A DNA stretch of 64,000 nt. It comes from Alphaproteobacteria bacterium. GTDB taxonomy: Bacteria > Pseudomonadota > Alphaproteobacteria > SHVV01. The stretch's first letter is position 1; every line of letters starts with the position of its first letter. This document shows positions 57,622 through 64,000 of this stretch, piece by piece. The notes under the pieces were generated by a model. The model was given only the letters and a program-made list of their open reading frames with translations. It had not been told where the DNA came from and searched no databases. The position numbers were made by a program, and so were the translations under genes. The stretch is taken from NCBI GenBank assembly GCA_965261735.1, contig OZ253470.1, forward strand, positions 256,001-320,000, read 5' to 3'.

Positions 57622-60600
57622 CTACGCATTCAGCATTGTCCCGACGTAACTGTCCTTGTCCTCTTCCTGAAAGAGGACGTGCCGCCTCTGCATCTCGCTC
57701 TTCTCCATACCCCACTGGCCGCGCATCGTCGCGGAGGGTGTGTTCGACACGATGAAGGACTGCAGACTCACGGTCGGATCACCGAGCCGTTGCTCGATCT
57801 CCTTGATAGTCTCGAAGAACAGGATCTTCGGGTCGCTCGGCCCGAGATTCCGGATTCCCTTTGGGTCTACAAAGATGACCCGCTGCCGACCGCCCGCGAG
57901 CAACCACAAGATGAAATCAGGGTGGAAGTTGCCGGCTTCGAAAAAGCCAACGCCGCTGCCCGTGCTCAAGTTCCGTAGCAGATAGAGTTCGCGGGTCTCG
58001 AAGAAGTCTGGATGCCCGTCGTGGAAAGCCCGCAAATCCTCGACGAACTGTCGTTCGCCCTTGTTCAACGGCGCTGGGCTGACCTTGACGACATTCGTAT
58101 CCAGAAAGAGCAACGGCTGGTACAGGTGCTTGCTGAACCAGATAGCCTTCATGCCTCGGAATTCCCAAGGCTTCAGCTCGCCCTTACGGATGGCGGCTTT
58201 GAGTTCTCCGAGCTTAGCCACGATCTCCTCCTGAGACTTGTCGATTCGGATGCGATAGTAGCCCTCGTCCGGCGCCTCCTTCACACCGGGGAAGTTCGGG
58301 TCGTCGCCTTCCAGATCACGGTACTCGAGGTGAGGAAGCTCCCACTCGCGCTTGCGGAAGGTGTAGTAGCGCTCGGTATATTTCTTGAGCAGCGCAACGA
58401 CGATGTCCTCCCAGAGGCGCACCTTCTCGTAAGAATCCCCGACCAGTTCCTCCGCGGGAATCTGCAAGCGATACCAGCTTTGGTCGACAAGCAGGGCCTC
58501 GATTCCCTGTCGTGAGAGATTCAGGTTGTACCAGCCGCGCTCGGCCTTGAATCGTTCCAGATCGAAGTAAATGCGGTCGAGATCCAGGAAGGCCACATGG
58601 CGGGATGTCATGTGGGTCTCGTTCGGCGCGGCATGGGCATCGCCGCCAACCACCCCGCCCGATTTCATCGCCTGGATCTTCGGGTACCAGTTGAGCAGCA
58701 CTTGGTTTTTCTGGAGGTAAACGGTGTTCGGATCGCTGGCCGGGTCGGGCGGCGCGACGGTGGAGACGGGCGCGAGCTGGCGGAACGCATCGCCCGACTC
58801 GGTGCTTACGCCGTTGATCGTCTTCTTGAGCCGGATCGTCTTGAGCGTCTGGGTCCCGAAGTTCTTGATCACCGGCAACAGAAACTCTATGCGGTCGTCG
58901 TTGTCTGACAGGCCTTCCTCGTCGAGAAAATCCCGGAACTGCGCCATGTAGTCGGCTTGGATGCCGAAGATGCCGAGCGTCTCAAGCACGGCGATGTGTT
59001 TCGGCCGCTCGATCCCTTCGGGGAGCGGCGCCTTGTCGCTGCGCTTGAGGCTAAGGTCACAGCCCTTGAGCCGCACGCCGCGCCCGAAGAGCTGGATGAT
59101 TTGCGCGCCTTCCCCCTTGCCCACGTTCATTAGGCCCAAGGTCGAGACGCGCCAACTGCTCCAGCCCTCGGTGAACTTCTTCGAGCCGATCAGCAGGTGC
59201 ACCGTCGAATGCGGCCGGTTGATCTCGTGAAAGAGGGACCCCGAGAATTCGCGCTCGCCGGTGGTCAGGCCCTTCTCCTCGCACAGCTTCACCAGCCTGG
59301 CGTCGTCGCCCACGTTGATGACGCCGAAGGTTTCGTTCTCGGCGCCCAGCCGCAGGGCCACTTCGCCGGTCGCGCCCTTCAGGTTCTCGACACGGAGCTG
59401 GCCGCCGCCGGGAGCGTTGAAGAGCATCGCAAGCGTCTCATCGAAGACCTGCGCCGGCGAAAGTCCGCAGGCATTGAGATACGCGAAACGCCCAGCGAAC
59501 AGGTCCCTGCCTGTCGCGGTGACTAGGCCCTGATTGAGAACCCGGCCGATGCGCTGGATGCTGATCGCGCGGTCGGCCACATAACGAGCCAGGAACCACA
59601 ATATCTCAACGATGTCCGACGCGTCCTTCGTCGCGAGCGTCGCCGTTACCCGCCCGCCGACGAAGATCCAGAGAGGCTTCTCGATGTTGAACGGCCGGAA
59701 GGCGTCGCTTTGCTCGTGGTAGAGCCGCTGCTGCTGGAAGAACGACAGCAGGCAGGCCACAAGGTACAGCTCCAGGTGGTTCTGTTGCGTCCCTTGGTCG
59801 AGATTGAGGATCTGGTAGTCCTTGCCGAAGCCGTCTCCGTAGAAATAGCGGTACGAGTAGTCGCACAGCGTGCTCTTGGCATATAATTCGGTGAGTTTGG
59901 GGCTGCCCTTTACCGCTTGCCCGAAGGTCGCCGAGTACTCAAAGGAGAACCCTTTCTCGCACAACGCATTACGAAAGCGCATCCACGCGCCTTCTTCTCC
60001 GCCGCTGGCGCCGCGGTGCCCTTCATCGACAAGAACCAGATTGTTCCCCTCGAAGGCGTCGATGGCGATGGTCCTGTCACCCATCTCGTCGCGCAGCCGG
60101 GTCACTTCGAGGATCTCGACCGACTGCCCGCTGAACAGCCCGCGGCTGTCCTTGTCGAACAACTCGGCGGGGATGCCCGCCGCCTCAAACTCGCGCAAAT
60201 GCTGCCGCGAGAGCCCTTCGTTGGGCGTGAGCAGGAGAATGTGGTTCAGCTCGCGCCGCCGGCCGTGCCGGGTCAAGGCGTGCTGGTACTGAAGGATGTT
60301 GGCGTGCATAAGCAGGGTCTTGCCGCTGCCGGTGGCCATCCAGAAAGCGAGCTTGTTGAGCTGCGACCAGGCATCGGCGGTTTCGTCGAACGCGGCGATC
60401 CGGTCAGCCTCGGGCTTGTCCGAGTCATAGGTGGCTACCTGCACGTTCAGCTCTGCGAGTAGCGCTGTGGGATCGCGAAAGTAGCGGTCCAGGTAGATTT
60501 CGCTGAAGAGCAGGGCCAGGTACTGGAAATACTTCCAGACGATCGGCTCCTCGCCGCGGGTGATCCGCCGTTCGTTCAGCCGCTGCGTGTGCATGACGAT

Positions 60601-60839
60601 GTTCTGGTCGTATTCCAGCAGCAGCTCTGCGGGAAGGTGCGTCAGGTTGAGTTGGTGCGCCGTCAGCGCGTGGTGGAAGAGGTGGATATTGTTCTCATCC
60701 AGTCCTTCCAGCGCCTCGTCGCGCAGGTGCTCGGCCAAGTCCTCAAAGCGCTTTACGTTGAACAGCGACAGAAGCCACTGATTGAGCACCAGCTTGTGGG
60801 CGAACGGCGCCTGCGGCCGGTTGTTGGCGCGACGCGCCA

Positions 60840-60840
<1 letters not shown>
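57622..60840 (-). CDS. res: Type III restriction enzyme Res subunit (DEAD/DEAH helicase + PD-(D/E)XK nuclease)
   Basis: [37 protein letters not shown]-terminal [14 protein letters not shown]; TGATG-coupled to mod. Confidence 0.92.
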
Positions 60841-63999
<3,159 letters not shown>

Positions 64000-64000
64000 G

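Overview
A high-GC, probably alphaproteobacterial, conjugative element (large plasmid or ICE) fills almost the whole window. Positions ~558-19370 are a co-oriented (+) gene array. It encodes a ParB-like protein, a GHKL ATPase, DUF2958, an AAA+/DUF3150-like/VWA trio, a methyltransferase-strawberry-notch helicase, a secreted HNH nuclease, SSB, a Toprim primase and a SLOG protein. The array points at a candidate MOBF oriT (hairpin and nick at ~20176-20197) and has the geometry of a first-transferred leading region. A MOBF relaxase-helicase follows (20382-24557), then a decayed cargo patch bracketed by two inverted ~128-bp MITE copies. A ~26-kb minus-strand operon combines a VirD4/TraG-type coupling protein, a Dot/Icm (IncI, type IVB) secretion system and a type IVb pilus cluster that includes a CFI-box-CTERM adhesin candidate. 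This operon sits behind a phage-like CI/Cro divergent switch. An apparent internal deletion at ~46682 joins pilQ to dotB, and the core genes expected between them are absent from the window. The right end carries a type III restriction-modification locus whose mod gene has a +1 frameshift. All family calls come from motifs recognised by eye; no database search was run.
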